Assembly: GCA_964199315.1 (NCBI GenBank)
Contig: OZ116706.1
Span: 12,834,001-12,898,000 of the forward strand
Direction of reading: 5' to 3'
Length of the DNA: 64,000 nucleotides
DNA from: Orbicella franksi
Lineage: Eukaryota
Position numbers and translations under genes: made by a program
Shown: positions 24,140 through 37,557 of the stretch, one piece after another
Layout: each line of letters begins with the position of its first letter
Position numbering within the stretch: the stretch's first letter is position 1
The notes under the pieces: model-generated
Seen by the model: the letters and a program-made list of their open reading frames with translations, nothing else
What the model was told of the DNA's origin: nothing
Databases searched by the model: none

Positions 24140-25016
24140 TATGCTTTGGGACGAGAAGAAGACCATTATGGTGGCAAGCTGATTTAGAACAGACTGATAA
24201 TTTCATTTTTCATATATGAATTGTGTTTTCTGCCTTTGATGGGTATTTACAGTTTTAAAACATGTAACAACAGTGCACAAATTATTTGTCACCGATTCCT
24301 GTACATCATACTGGGAAATCATTAGCTAATGGCTTATTGTAGTATCAAGCTTGTTATCTGTTTAAAGTTGACATTTTAAAGCGAACGCAGCTGTTTAGAA
24401 CTATATTGAGATTTTAATGTACTTTTTTCCTGACTGTTGTAAGGGTTAAGTTGCATTCGTTGTGTTCTATTCTGATAGATAAAATTTGAAGGCAAAGTAA
24501 TAAATTTCGCACTGTTTACGTTTTCAATCCGTCATCGAAGTTGGTAGTCTACGATTAACCGTAAATGGGAAGCAAGAGGAAAGAACTCTCTACAATTTTC
24601 TAGCAGAATGTCTCTTGTTCCATGTTTCACTCTTAGAGTGAATTATGCTACCCAGCCAATCAATCCTCACAAAAAAACAAACAAACAAACAAAAAACAAA
24701 AAAACAAAAAAAACATGACTTAACGCAATTAATATTCCTCGTTTTACAATTAGAATTTAGTGATGCCAGCTTGATAGGCGTTAATTGATCTTAATTCTCA
24801 AGGTGGCCCCATTTTCACTCTCTAAACAACGGATTTCCGGTTAGGTGGATGCTGGGAACACCTGTTTTGAAACATAGCTATCACCAAAACGGCCTTATCT
24901 CAGCAAAGCTTCTTATATGTTGAAATTATATGTTCTTATATGTTGAAATGATTCCCAAGGATGTCTGTCTCACATATAGAGTTCTAGCATGTTCACCAAT
25001 CTTCATTCAAAGGGTG

Positions 25017-25650
25017 TCAGGAGACTTCCAAAATATGCAGTTGTTGTGATGTGAGCTTAACATCAACTGCTGGTATTGAGACCTGGTAATCGTCGTCGTC
25101 TAACGGGAAAGGTCCATCTGGATCAAACCCATACAATGGAATTTCAATTGGATGTTGAATACTCTCAACTCCAGAGTATCCAGAGTGTATGTTCTCCATA
25201 ATCCCAGAGGCGAAAATTTGTAGGGGAGATAATTGATGTTTACTGGAGACAGGGTGATTGTTCCATTGACCAGTAAAGTGTTGCAATGCCCTATTTATAC
25301 TTGGTATGTAGATAAAGTGCAATGAAAATAAATGTACTTCGTTTTACCGGTCAAGAAGACCCATGTCTTCCATTCCGCTAAAGATATTGGCAAAGTGACC
25401 AAGGACACCAGCGTAGACATCTCTATGAGCGCGCTCAACACGGCAGTTGTGGACAGAGCTTCCCGTTATGATATTTCCTCTGTCCAGTCCTCTATTTTCC
25501 AACATGTACTGTGCCACTCCAACATTTTCCAGTCCATGATCGCTATTTACTCTTGAAGGTAAGCCAAACTCTTGTACTCCCTTGATGAAGAGCTCCAACA
25601 CTGTATCTGCACGGTTGGCAGTTAGCATTTTGCTTTTGAAACTGGCGGAA
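25017..25650 (-). pseudogene. Integrase core (rve-like DDE) remnant, N-terminus deleted, one in-frame stop
   Basis: FGLPSRVNSDHGLENVGVA...GSSVHNCRVERAHRDV...GLLDR*NEVHLFSLHFIYIPSINRALQHFTGQWNNHPVS. Joins directly onto the right inverted repeat. Confidence 0.8.
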
Positions 25651-26155
25651 AAGTGCATCGCGGTCATGTGATCACGCGTTGCATACTAATTAGAAAGACA
25701 ATAAAAAATCTCACTCGGAACGAAAAAAATATGGAATAAATATAAAAAAATATAGAACGCATATAAAATAAAGGGAACAAAATAAAAAATAGATGAGCTA
25801 AACACGCATATATAAATTAAAAGGAAGAGACAAAAATATAGAAGCAAAATGAAAAATAAAGAAGCAAAATAAAAAAATACACAGAGAGGAAATAAAAAAT
25901 ATGGCACAAAAATGTAATGGATATATTGCATATTAAGGTTGTTTGAATATTGACTGGAAAGGCGTGCATCTTTCCACCTTCGCCAAAGTCTTCTCGGGCC
26001 ACTGTTTTAATGTAACGTAACGCAAAAGCTTGGAAATTCAAACGGACACTATTTCAAAAGGAAGAACCTTGCCGAGCTAAAAATTCAAGTTTTTTGAGTG
26101 TCTTATATCTGATGCAACTGAAATAACAAAAGAATAGGTGATTTTTTGTTGTTGC

Positions 26156-26190
<35 letters not shown>

Positions 26191-26399
26191 GTTTAAAAAC
26201 CTGTGTGAGTCAACATTCTGCCTCCATGAGACGACATGAAGTCTCTCCTAGAGCTCCGTAAAAACCTGAATCCAACTCTGTCGCTCTAACCCAGCCAAAT
26301 TACCCCATCTCTCATATATCGATGCTGGTCCTCTTTTTTACAGGTCCCAAGTCTTCCTGTAGCGGCGTCAAAATACAAAATTGTGTCGTCATCGGACGA

Positions 26400-26672
26400 T
26401 TACCGAAAGAAGCTAGAGTTGTCTGAGCTCCCAAATTCATTTGAAGTGGTAACAATTTTCACCTTCGCCGCCTTAGAGCGAGCTTCTAGTATGGTCATCA
26501 CCTCCATCTTTCCTGGGTATTTCTCAGGGTTGTCTGAGAACTCGCTCACGGATGGACGACTCGATCGTCGACAGCTTTGTGATGCACTTCTGTTTTGAGA
26601 AAGGACGACTTCTAACGCGTTGGTGTTTAAAAAATATGGAGGATCGCGTCGTGTGCTTTGTTCTGCTCCCAT
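26400..26672 (-). CDS. Protein C, 90 aa: MGAEQS N-terminus, GKMEV...FFR C-terminus
   Basis: Shares RSSRPSVSEFS[ED]NP..Y.G and GKMEV...KIV[ST]T...FFR with protein B, also visible in the DNA. Has an MGxxxS myristoylation pattern. Confidence 0.5.
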   Translation of the reverse strand: MGAEQSTRRDPPYFLNTNALEVVLSQNRSASQSCRRSSRPSVSEFSDNPEKYPGKMEVMTILEARSKAAKVKIVTTSNEFGSSDNSSFFR

Positions 26673-27221
26673 CTGTTAACGCAAAAACTAGGACTCTCTT
26701 CAAGTTCTTCTTCAACTCTCTTCAAGTTCTTCAGTGTTATGGTCGACAAAATAGAAAACGTCTCCTATTTGAAATCATGCAAATTCTTGGAACCGTCTTC
26801 GTTGTATGAAGGCGCTTCGCTGTTGTTGGTCAGCGGAAGGATAGTAACTTTTTCTGGGAAGAGCGGAAGTCCCAGCTAGTCACAGCCGATCAACGAAGGC
26901 GGTGCACGAACATTAGGAGACATTAGAAACTTATATGAGAAGGAAAGATCAAATAATAGAGGTGTTGGAATTAAAAGGCAATAGGCCTTTGGTAAGAAAC
27001 TTTGACACAACAAGAACAATAAAAACCATGGGGAATACCATGAGGTTGTCACACCGGTGACTTGGTGGTAGTCCGTGACAGCGGGTAACAGTCTCAGCCG
27101 TCTCTTCCTCTCTCATTGGTCAAAGTGATATTATTTTCTATACAGGTGACCTTTCCATATCGCGAGACCTTTTTAATATACAGCACGAACGAGGGAAGAA
27201 AAGTTTAACCCAGAGAAAAGC

Positions 27222-27809
27222 ATGGAAGACCATCCGATCCTTACGGAAACCGAGGACAGGGATCCGCAGAACTACAATGCTTATCTGAAGGTAAGGATAA
27301 ATTATTTCGCTAGTGCCAATGGATCTCAGTGCTGAACTCTGCTGAACTCCACTGAAGCAGTCAAATGGTTGCTGATATTTGATACGGAAAATATGCGAAC
27401 TGTAAAGATTGCGTTCGATTCATAACATCCAGTTTATTACTGAATTCCTCAATCAAAACTCATGGACGTTGTCTCTGTTAGAGGGTACGAACGACCTTTA
27501 GCAAATGACGGCAACGGCAACGAGAGCGCCGCCAAGCAAAAGTGTTAACAAGAAGATCTTTTAGATCTTACAACCGCGCTTTTAAAAGTTAACTGTTTTG
27601 GTAGCACTACAGTCGGTCGCAGTGCAATGCACATTCCAAAGCAGTCCTTGATGATTCATTGATTACTGTAGACACCACATCACTTGATCAACACAACCTG
27701 TATTATTGCACCATCAGTCGTAGCCGTTGTGAAATCTCCGATGACGTAATTACTTCCGGCGCATGTCATAATATGGGATCATGAGTGACCCGATGAAAAA
27801 ACAAAACGG

Positions 27810-27865
<56 letters not shown>

Positions 27866-30800
27866 GGTTTTGAACCTAAAGTTAGCGAATTAGTATGCAA
27901 GCCACCGTAATGGTGGTTGCCGTCTGCGAAATGTTTATTTGCTCAAAAATTGCGGCCAAATCTTTCGGAGATGGAAGTCAGGACATTTCTAACGCTACAA
28001 AAAGTAAGTTGGGACCAGTTGCTGGTTTGTAAGGCTGAAATTATCTAGAAGTAAGCTTTTCGTAACTTGAACGTAACGAAGACCACGCGGTGAACGAATT
28101 GAATAAATTATTTTTGCACTGTCTCGTTCTGTTATTTGTTTCGTTCTCTTTTGGAGCCCGCCGAGGTCATTTTTTCGTCTAAATAAGCTTAGAAAAGTTC
28201 GAAAAAGATTTTGCTATTCAATTTTCAGCTCTTAGGCAATAATCCTGGATTTTTTTGACCGAAACGTCGGTTCGTGTTATGTTCCTGTGTTTGCGTTGCT
28301 ATAGGCGATTGTCGCTTCCTTTGTTGACTCAAGCAATGAAGCGAGGTGACAAAAAAAAAATGTAATTATATTTAGTTCTCGTTTTGTTCGATTTCGTTGA
28401 CATTTCAATATGATGAAGCTGGATTGTTAAGGAATAGATTTTACTACTGCCGATATGAGGTAGCTATTAACGCTAAAGTGATATATCGCTTCGAAGTCAG
28501 GGTTTTGAAGATATTTTTAGCAAAGCGTGGGTTCGGCGTGACTATGTAATCTGAGATTTTTGCTGACCCTGAAGAAAAAAATATCCGGAAAAGGTCATTT
28601 CATCGACGATTCAAACGAATATAAATTTATACATATTACGAGCTGAATTTCTAGGGAAAAAACATATTTTTGACGAGCGCCGGGGTTTTGATTTTTTTTT
28701 TCCCGCGAAAGTGTCGGCCGGGAAAGAGGACGTTTGTGAAATCTCCGATGACGTAGTAGTCTTAATCTGGAACTTTCTTCGGGATATGTATGGGCATGAA
28801 GATACGAAGTCGAACACTATTAACAACAGCTTTCTTCCTTAAAAGTCACGATTAAATTTAATTGTTTTTTCCCTCGAGTAAAGGGCTAGCAAAGAAGTCA
28901 CACGAGTCACATAATTCAAGAATTGCGTTATCCACGGCTATCTTTAGTATCGTGGTTATTTCCCTACCAATGACGTAGTCCTTGCATGTTCTGACATGTT
29001 CTTTGCTTGGCTTGGAAATATTTCATTTTCCTTCCGATTTATGAACTCGCTGCGATGAAACATCCAAAGAATTTACTTCATTTGCCTAAAACCACAAAAA
29101 ATACTTGCAAAATTGCAAATAAATTGATGACCGTCGCTTCTCGCGAAATAAACTTGCAAAGTAAACACGATCTTATTGGTCACGTAGCGCAAGTGGAAGC
29201 TGCAACGTCAACGCATTCCATGGCTGACGTACTACCTTTTTTCTTTTTAGCTTATTTACTAGTCATACCTACCGGTACAGTGCCAACGAGCAAATGGAAA
29301 CTTGCGCAATTTGAACATTACCCATATTTCTTTTCATATTAACGTACCTTTTAAATTTAGGAAGGGTGTTGTTCCTTACCATTTTTGTATGGTATTTAAT
29401 GTTTACTCGTTATAAATGGTATTACAGTATAAGTAATGGAGAGTAAATACTATAGATTTTTATAGAACTTTTATTGAACAGTGAAAGTTTCATTTTATTC
29501 ATATTATCAGTAACAGCTAAACAAGAAAATGAATTCCTCTTAGAATGTCCTCAGAGTTTGTAGTTAACTTTCAAGAATATAACGGTGGAGTTATTTGAAG
29601 CACATGCGTTTTGTAAACTATGTTTTGTTAAATGTTGTTAAACCTGTCATATGAAAAATACTTCTTACTTGTGCAAGGTTCACAAGATAGTATTGTTTCT
29701 TATGGGTAAACTAACAGGTCTCCCAGCCAATTTTTGGAAAATCGCAGGAAAATAGGCTGTTCAAGTTCAAAATATAGGAAGTTTGTGCCAATAAAATAGG
29801 CTTTTTATAGGAGCTAAACTAGATTTCATACAGTTAACGAATATAAAGTAGGAAACACACTTTCTGTGCTTTTAATTTTTGTGTGAAATGGTGGTTTGCA
29901 TAGCGCACAGTAGCCTTCAATAAATAAAAATCACCTAAGACTTCCATACTTGCAGGGAAAACAATTTGATCAATACAGGTGGATGACAATTCAATAAATA
30001 AAAATTTCGGCATGGTGACAAAATATTGCAAAACTGAAACATCACCAGAATGCTTTTGGCATAAATCACAAAAAATTGGTCTGCTATTAGGTAGAGAAGC
30101 TTCTGAAACACAGTTTTCAAAATCAGTGGGCAAAATACCTGGGCAAGTAATATACAATACAATTGCACTTGTAGTTTTCACTATTTGATTGTTACATAGG
30201 GTGCAACAAGTTTGATTACATTGTTGAACAAGAAATAGTGATTTCAGGTCATCAGTTAAATCTCCAACTGTCCGCACCGTAAAAATATCACTAAAAACAG
30301 CATCAGCTGTCATTGCAAAAAATGATCCACAACGATCTCTTACGAGTGACCATACAGGCTCTCGCACAACCTCAACAGCACCAGGATTTTGCCTTCGGAT
30401 GCATGACTCATATACAACACGAAAAAACTCATTGCATGTAATGTTTTAAAGATGATTTCTGAAAACTAAAAAACATAGTTCGAGAAAGCAATCAACTGCA
30501 CAAAAGAATTTCCCTACACTGATTAAATAATAATTACGGAAATGATCTCTCACATGTGACCCCTCGTGTGCACAAACTGAATACTATCAGTGCTATCACG
30601 TATCGCATGCTCTTTGTCGTCCAAGACTTTAACAGTGTCTCTATTTATGTTTCCATTCACTATGTGTGCTTCCTTGCTCGAAATGAGGAAAGGATTGAAA
30701 CTACCATTAGAAGGATAAGCCATGCGCCTTGACAAATATCTCCCTTTGAATTTGAAAACGACGACCCTGACATTTTGACACATACTCCCAAAATTAGACA

Positions 30801-33800
30801 AATCATTGTTGGTACTATGATTGTGAAAATATAACAACATAAACAATACATAAATCATTTTATCTGAGCTCTTGTGAGTTTTACATGTTCTGCGTGTACC
30901 TTGCACTTTAGTTTGTACCATAATGTGGTTCGAAAAACACGTGACAAGCGCGACAACGGAGGAATGTACTCTCAAGTTCTAAGATTTTGATTTGGTATAC
31001 AATTTTCTTTTAATGCTTGGCACGCTGGCCGTTTGAGTTTGTTTTTGACTGAATTTAGTGTTTTATCGTCTTTGACTTTATCAGTTGGTTTGATTGCTCT
31101 ATTGCTCGCTGGCGTTTTCAACTGGTTAACGATTTGATTGTTTTGGCACGCTGGCCGATGGTTGGGCTTCTCGATCAATTTCCCACAATGGTACTTAACT
31201 AAAGTACACCCACTTATTCTAAACGCACTATGATTGGTCCATTCCAAGTTAACGCACTACGATTGGTCCATTGGAGGACAATAGGTCTCTTTGGCATTAC
31301 GTCATAAAATCTTACATTACTTACATCTCTCCGGATCACTCGAGATTTTTTCCGCCTGCCTCAACCTCGCGCGGCTCTATAATGCTGCCGCCTCGCCAGC
31401 CTCGCGTTCTTCGCTTGGCTGGCTCGTTGGCAATTATTTCCTTTGAATGCAACGCTTCGATAAAACCAAAAGAAAATATAGTTCATACACAATAAAGAAA
31501 ACAATATCCGCAACATTGTCCTTGTATTAATGTTTCAACAGCTTTTGGCGAGTAAACACCACAGGTTGCGTGACTCAAAATTTGGCCGAGTGGAAGTTTG
31601 GGTCTGGTCTTCGACAAATCTAAGAAAAGAAAAAAAAGAAAATAAACCACGGCTAAACCATGAACCGCGCTCGGCCCATGGCCGCGCGGTTAATAAGCAG
31701 AACAATAGCTTTCCATTCGACCAAATATTCCGGTTTTAAATTCCGAATATTTCATTTGAAGGATAGTATTTCCGGTTGGGGAAAAAATTGCGAACCCTTA
31801 GCTAGCCGATGTCAGTTACACGTGGTATTTCGATGAGGACAACGATATAACCTTTCTCATTGTAGCTACAGCTCTTACCTGCGTAGGAATTTAAATCGAG
31901 TCCGCGACTACTTTATTTTCCTGACGAGTTCAAGAGTCACTCTCGAATGACGAGACAAACTTGTGAGCTGTTCACAATCACGCGTTTGTCGTTATTTTCT
32001 AAGAGAATTCGGGGAAGGGAAGGTTCCTTTTTCCCCTCCCTCCCCCGACTCTTCCGTTTTTTTTTTTCCCGAATTCTCTTCCTCCTCCCCCACCCCGTCC
32101 TCTTTAACAGTGGCTGTGCACGTGCGTCATGAATCTTTGTACATTTCGCTTTCCTCTTTCTCGACTTACCTAAAATTCATATGTAGTGACCCTGCACGCA
32201 TGGTAACCCTTGCAAAACATCAACGTGGAATGATGAAGTCCTGCGTAGTTTGGACAACGAGGACAACGGCTGGGACTGTGTATTAATTACCTGGAGGGGG
32301 GCGTTGGAAAATTAGAGGGGGGAGGGGGAAATAGGAGAAAATTACAACAAGAGAGAAAGGGGACTGGATGTAAAATTTAATTAAAGAGATTGTTCAACGA
32401 GGGAAAATTGCCCTCTTCTGAAGAAAGGTCTTTGCCAGAGGAATGTTCCCAATACAACGTGGACGAGACTGCATGTAAAAGTTATGTACAGCACCTTGAG
32501 TTCCTCGATGCAAAAGCCAAAAAAAGAGTGAGAGAAAGGAACTCTCTTTCGCTTATTTCTTGGACAATTGAAACAGATGTAAAAGTGCTTACCAACAAGT
32601 AGTTGAAAATGTATCTAAAGCAAAAAGGTCTTAAGATAACGCGGGAACCTTAGTGCCAGAGATGCTGTAGAAGATGAGGAATCTCCCAATTCATGCGAAC
32701 ACGACACAAGCTCAGAGTCCAGTGATTCTGATGACTCTTCAAAGGACTCTTCGACACGTCGAAAAGTCATTTGAAGTGATATTTGTACCGGAGGAAGAAC
32801 TCCAACAAGTAAACTAGGTATGAGGGAATCAGTGGGAGGAGACTTTCTTCCAAAAGGGGGCGGGGGGGGGGGATAGCCTTAATATTATCATTATGTGAGG
32901 GGGGGTTGAAATTATTTTTTGCTTAATGAGAGGGGGTATGACTTAGTTTTGAGGCATATTTTACCCATTTCCCAGCTCCCCCCCCCCTTTTCCAGGTAAT
33001 TATTGCACAGTCCCTTAGTAGTATTTTCATCCGAGACTGAACGCTAGCATTACATATTTAGCTTGAGCAAGTTCTGAGACCGCAAAAACTTGCGAAATTT
33101 GAAGGTGAAACGTAAATTTATTTTCTGCTCTGCGCTGTCGACTCCTCGGGGTTTAAGACCTCTTAAGTCCCTATTAATCATAACTATTTTGTAGCTAAAC
33201 AGCGCTGGGATAACTCCAATCATTTCAGAACTTCACTTTGTTCCTGTAGCTCCTTTTGCAATCTGTTTAACGCTTTTTCAGAGTTCATAATTTTACAACT
33301 ACTTATATAAGTCATTTAATTTAACCGAAAATCAAAAAAACGTAATTGGGCCGAGTGAACGATGCATCAAATGGATTGGTTCTCGTGCTCAGCGGCACGT
33401 GCAAAGGAGAAGTCGCGAGAGCCAAGCGTTCAGTTCTTGGGGCGCAGCGCGTAAAAAGCAGGGAAGAAGCGCGGCGTCGATCTCTAAGCGTTCTGCTCTA
33501 GATGGAATTCACTTGTTGGATTATATATATTCTCTGCTTTTAGGCCCTGATGAAACGCCGTTCTTCTTGAGACAACCGAATGTTATTCAGCATGTGAAAT
33601 TTGAGCTCTTTATACAAAGCCTCTCGTTTTTTCCCTGTCTGTAACAACATCAATTTGTCGCTTCTATTTTATTTTCACGTTTGTGAACGAGTTTAAGCCT
33701 TTTAAAAGCAAAATGAGCTTGGCATAATTCATTTCTTCTTTTGGGATTGTATAGTCGAAAGACAAACTGCAGATAGCTCCAGATTGGCCTTCACAGCCAG

Positions 33801-34533
33801 TTCATTGCGTGGCAGTCGTCATTTTATTGCGAAAATTGCAAATAATGGAAATTAGTGATTTCCAGTCGATAGAAATGTGGAAAAGAAATACAATGACAGC
33901 GCCATTACTCTATGCTTGTACTGGTAAAACAAATGCATTTCAAGTTCCCAAAAGAAAACCCTTCTCATTTCAAGGCCACAAAAGTATATCAGTCCACGAA
34001 ATCATACGCATCATCCCTTCAACGGCATCCACATTTTAGTTATTAGTTATTATTTTTTTGGAAGAAAATACCTCTTAGTCAACGGGTCTGGGCTATGTTA
34101 TGAGCGGATGAGTGAGTGAGTTAGTCAGAGCTGTATGTCTTAGATTAATTACCGGTGGTTTCTTCTTCTTCGGCAGGTTGCCTATCCAGATGTGATCTCC
34201 GAGCCATCAGCAATCCATAGTCCTAAGTGCTCTTACCAGTTTACCAAACTTGTTTTTGACAACACTGTCTACTTCACGTACTCGTTGTATACCATTGTTT
34301 TTGGCGGTCTTTTGGCCTTTCTTTACGGCCTCTTCTGTGGAGCCCTGAGCTTCGTCATGATTTGGGTTATCGCTCCATTTGTCCGTCTGTGGCTTATTCC
34401 ACTGGGGCTTATGGGGAAGATCTGGCTGGCGGTCGTGAAATGCTTTTGCGATCCTTGGTACGAGTCATGCGGAAGGATTTTCTCAAACATAAACATGAAC
34501 CTCAATCATCGTAGGACAATTCAAAATGTCTAA
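27222..34533 (+). CDS. CAV: Caveolin, 141 aa, two coding exons (27222-27290 and 34177-34533)
   Basis: MEDHPILTETEDRDPQNYNAYLK|VAYPDVISEPSAIHS... GTAAGG donor, polypyrimidine-CAG acceptor, phase-0 intron at the position known in caveolins. YPDVISEP is a variant of the FEDVIAEP signature; a long hydrophobic hairpin follows. Confidence 0.92.
27810..27862. repeat. Poly-A tract of about 50 nt
   Basis: Read directly from the sequence. Confidence 0.9.
29834..30520 (-). pseudogene. USP/peptidase C19-like cysteine protease remnant in the caveolin intron, probably transposon cargo
   Basis: Frameshifted Cys box NS(tt)CAVDCFLEL near 30500, CxxC pairs (CTLC, CDLC), PKFLFIEL and YLLKATVRYANHHF His-box-like motif. 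Confidence 0.5.
31830..31975 (+). mobile_element. Harbinger/PIF-like transposase N-terminal fragment
   Basis: DEFKSHSRMTRQTCELF resembles the F..hFRM.r.tF..L motif. Confidence 0.35.
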
Positions 34534-37500
34534 CTTTTATCGTGGCTGTAAAAGTTCTGAGTGATATTATTAGTGAGATTACACTGAAGTGAAAGTCGAT
34601 GGTGCAAGCTCTCTGATCTTTGATGTTTAACTCAGTTTTTAATTAGATGCAATGAGTAGTTCAACAAGAAGTGATATGCACGTTATATTTTTAAGAAGAG
34701 TTTTACTTATTGTTTTTATAACATATTATATTTAGAAATCAGCCATGTAGCAGTACTGCACAGTGTTAATAAGCAAGCGTCAATCTCTCAAAGTGTGTTG
34801 GGGTTTTCCTGTATTCTTGTTGGTTATCTTTTTATAGACCCGTAAAGTTATAGCATGGAAAAATTTGCCGACCGTCTTGCGTTCGCGGCCGTCACAAGAT
34901 AAATATCCATGATATAAAAAATCCGCCAGATTTGTTCCTCGAAGCTTAGGGAATGATATTCTCGCGGAAAACTATTCCGAGTTATCGCCGTTTGAAAAGT
35001 TGTGAACATGTGACGCCTTTACTCGGATTTATGTGAACAGAATATGACGCCAGCCAATGAAATCACGGCACGCCTGCGTTCACAGCGAGCGAAATGACTT
35101 TCGCAGGAATTCCAAGGCAATATGATAATAGTGTAACAGTCTCGTTCTCCTCGTTGAACTTCAGCGTGCGTTTAGGCGCAGACCATTAGAAAAGTGATGG
35201 GGGTGAGGGTAGGACTTTTTCAGCTTGCAGGTATTTTTTTTTTTCACGTCCACTGCCTCTCCAGGAGTTTTTTTTTTTTTTTTTCGGGGTCAAGTCCCCT
35301 GCACGATTTTCTAGGGGGGGAGGGGGATATTCTACTGAAACAATCTCAATCTTGACACTAGCCACAATCGGACTGCCTGAAACAGGCTTCAAACAAATAA
35401 TTTTTATCTTTCACAGAGTCGTTTTGCTTTACTGTCAAAATTATACCCCGGGAGAAACATAACCAAGAATCAGAACTGATGGGGCTGCATTGCACGTTTT
35501 GTTTGATGTATATATAGAGACATATCTTCAATTTTATTCATTCATTCCCCTTGTAATAAAATTCATTCTTGGCCGGCAGTGAATCAAGGTTTTAGCTAGG
35601 AAGCTCTGAGTGGCCATCCAGCACCAAATATGGGGCCAAAGGGTTTATTCCCCAATGGGGGTCTGGGGAGCATGGCCCCCAGAAAATTTTGCGAAATTGA
35701 AGCTTAATTGGTGCGTTTTCCACGATTCTCAGCCGATAAATTAATGCATCGCTTGGACTTCAATGATAATGCATCGTTTACTTTGTCAAAAACCTAAAAT
35801 AGATTTGAACAGCCTCTATTAAACACATCAGTTGTGTTAAAACCTAAATTAATGTCTTTGATTACGACTTTTGTCCAACGTTGATCTTAGCGGCCATCTT
35901 AGGGTAAGTGTTACAGTTCGCCATGGGTGTGCCCATCTCTGTCCACAATCGTCATTTATTCATGTCAGTTGTGAAATCATTCCCATATGTCGAGGCTTTC
36001 AAAACACGGTATGTGCTTGCTTTAAAAGTGCAAACGAATCAAGCAGGATGGCTGTTTATCCATAAGGGTTTTTCTGCAAGGGTAATTTGGCTACCAGTGT
36101 CCATGAGGAGGTTGCTGCTCACAAAATGTATCGGCCTTGAAAGGAAAAAATGCCTGTTTTCCTAACTGTATAGAAAACCAGGACCAAGAAATTAAAACTG
36201 CAGTATGAAGTGGCTGCCAAGGTGCCTTTCAGGCGAGTACAGTTTGTAAACCCGACAGTGCAATTCACTCTGCAGAAATTGTTTTTTCTTCACTTCTTCT
36301 TTGCACGAATTTTTTTTCAGTCACCCTCCCTTGCATGAGTTTTTTGCTTTATTTTTCCCCACCCCCACCCTCATCACTTTTCTAATGGTCCATCCCTTAT
36401 AGAGCCGTCTTTACCACTCGTGAGAAATGGGAAAAACCAAGAGAAAAAAACTTGGCAAGAGCACGGGTACGAGTATACATGATCCCTGGGACCTAGACCT
36501 GACGACCTAGCTTCAATTTTTTCAATGCCCAAGGACTTTTTTAGCACATTTAATAAACTCAATAAGGAATGATAGGTAGCATGGAAGAGCGAATTAATTC
36601 GAAAACACAACTGCGAAAACTTTTTTCTAAATAACTCGCGCGCGTTTTAAGATGTTACTTTCATTTTTTGGGAAATGTTAGATTTTATAGAGACCTTTTT
36701 GTTTTACTTAAAAAGGAAAATTCGACAAAAGTAGCACTTTTAAGGTATTGTGTAACCTTGGGGTGGCTCGAAACAGCAACGGTTTCCAGCACTTTCCAAG
36801 ACGCAGACTTTGATGGGTCATTATAACCACTCTATCTCGGTTGATGCCAAAATCATGGTATCAAAAAACTGTTCAATCAATGGTAAACATGTTGCTGTCA
36901 ATTTTGTGGCACAATAAGTTACCATAGCAGCAATACGACCTGCTAAAAACACCCTTAATTTTAGCTTTAACAACAAGAACAACCACCATTTTATTTTGCT
37001 TAATACATAGAATATCATACAGCAAAAAAATAAATTAAACTCAAATAAGCAAAAAAACTACTCAAAATAGTAAGAACTAAACGAGCTGAGTAGTTACAAG
37101 GATTATTATGCTTTAAATCGGTTGTAGGAAAAATAAAGAAAAGAGGAGGGAGAAAAAAAAAATAGATAGATATAAATATAAAAAGAAATATAAGTAGTAT
37201 TAGTATAAATCTACTAGCCTTCTATAACGAATGGCGTTCTCTGATTGGCCACGCTACTCACTATCTATTCTGTGATAGATAGTGAGTAGCCTAGCAGTGT
37301 GCGCTTGTTAACGAAATGACGGCCGCTTCTTGGCTTTTTCGGAGTGCCTGTAAATAGGATTTAGATAAGGTTTTGAACGACTAGTAGATTTATACTAAAA
37401 CAGTTAGATTATTCGCTCTCGATTTCTATGCGTGATAGTTGACGAGGGCTACTCATAATCTAATTGTTTAATAGTACCAGTTATTGATAATGCATTGTTT

Positions 37501-37557
37501 AATTAAGAGCGATAGTAGCTTAAAGAAAAATACTAAGCTAGCATTAAGCATAAGAAC

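Larger units (their letters stand above)
19930..25967. mobile_element. Decayed rve-type DDE transposon (IS3EU/IS481EU-like) with about 320-bp inverted repeats and a HECT cargo gene
   Basis: 19930-20252 and 25651-25967 are imperfect inverted copies and enclose a + strand HECT gene and a convergent integrase remnant. Confidence 0.7.

Noticed and set aside
32390-32800. Possible SAP-domain fragment (LKMYLKQKGLK)
   Set aside because: Too short and disrupted to call with confidence.
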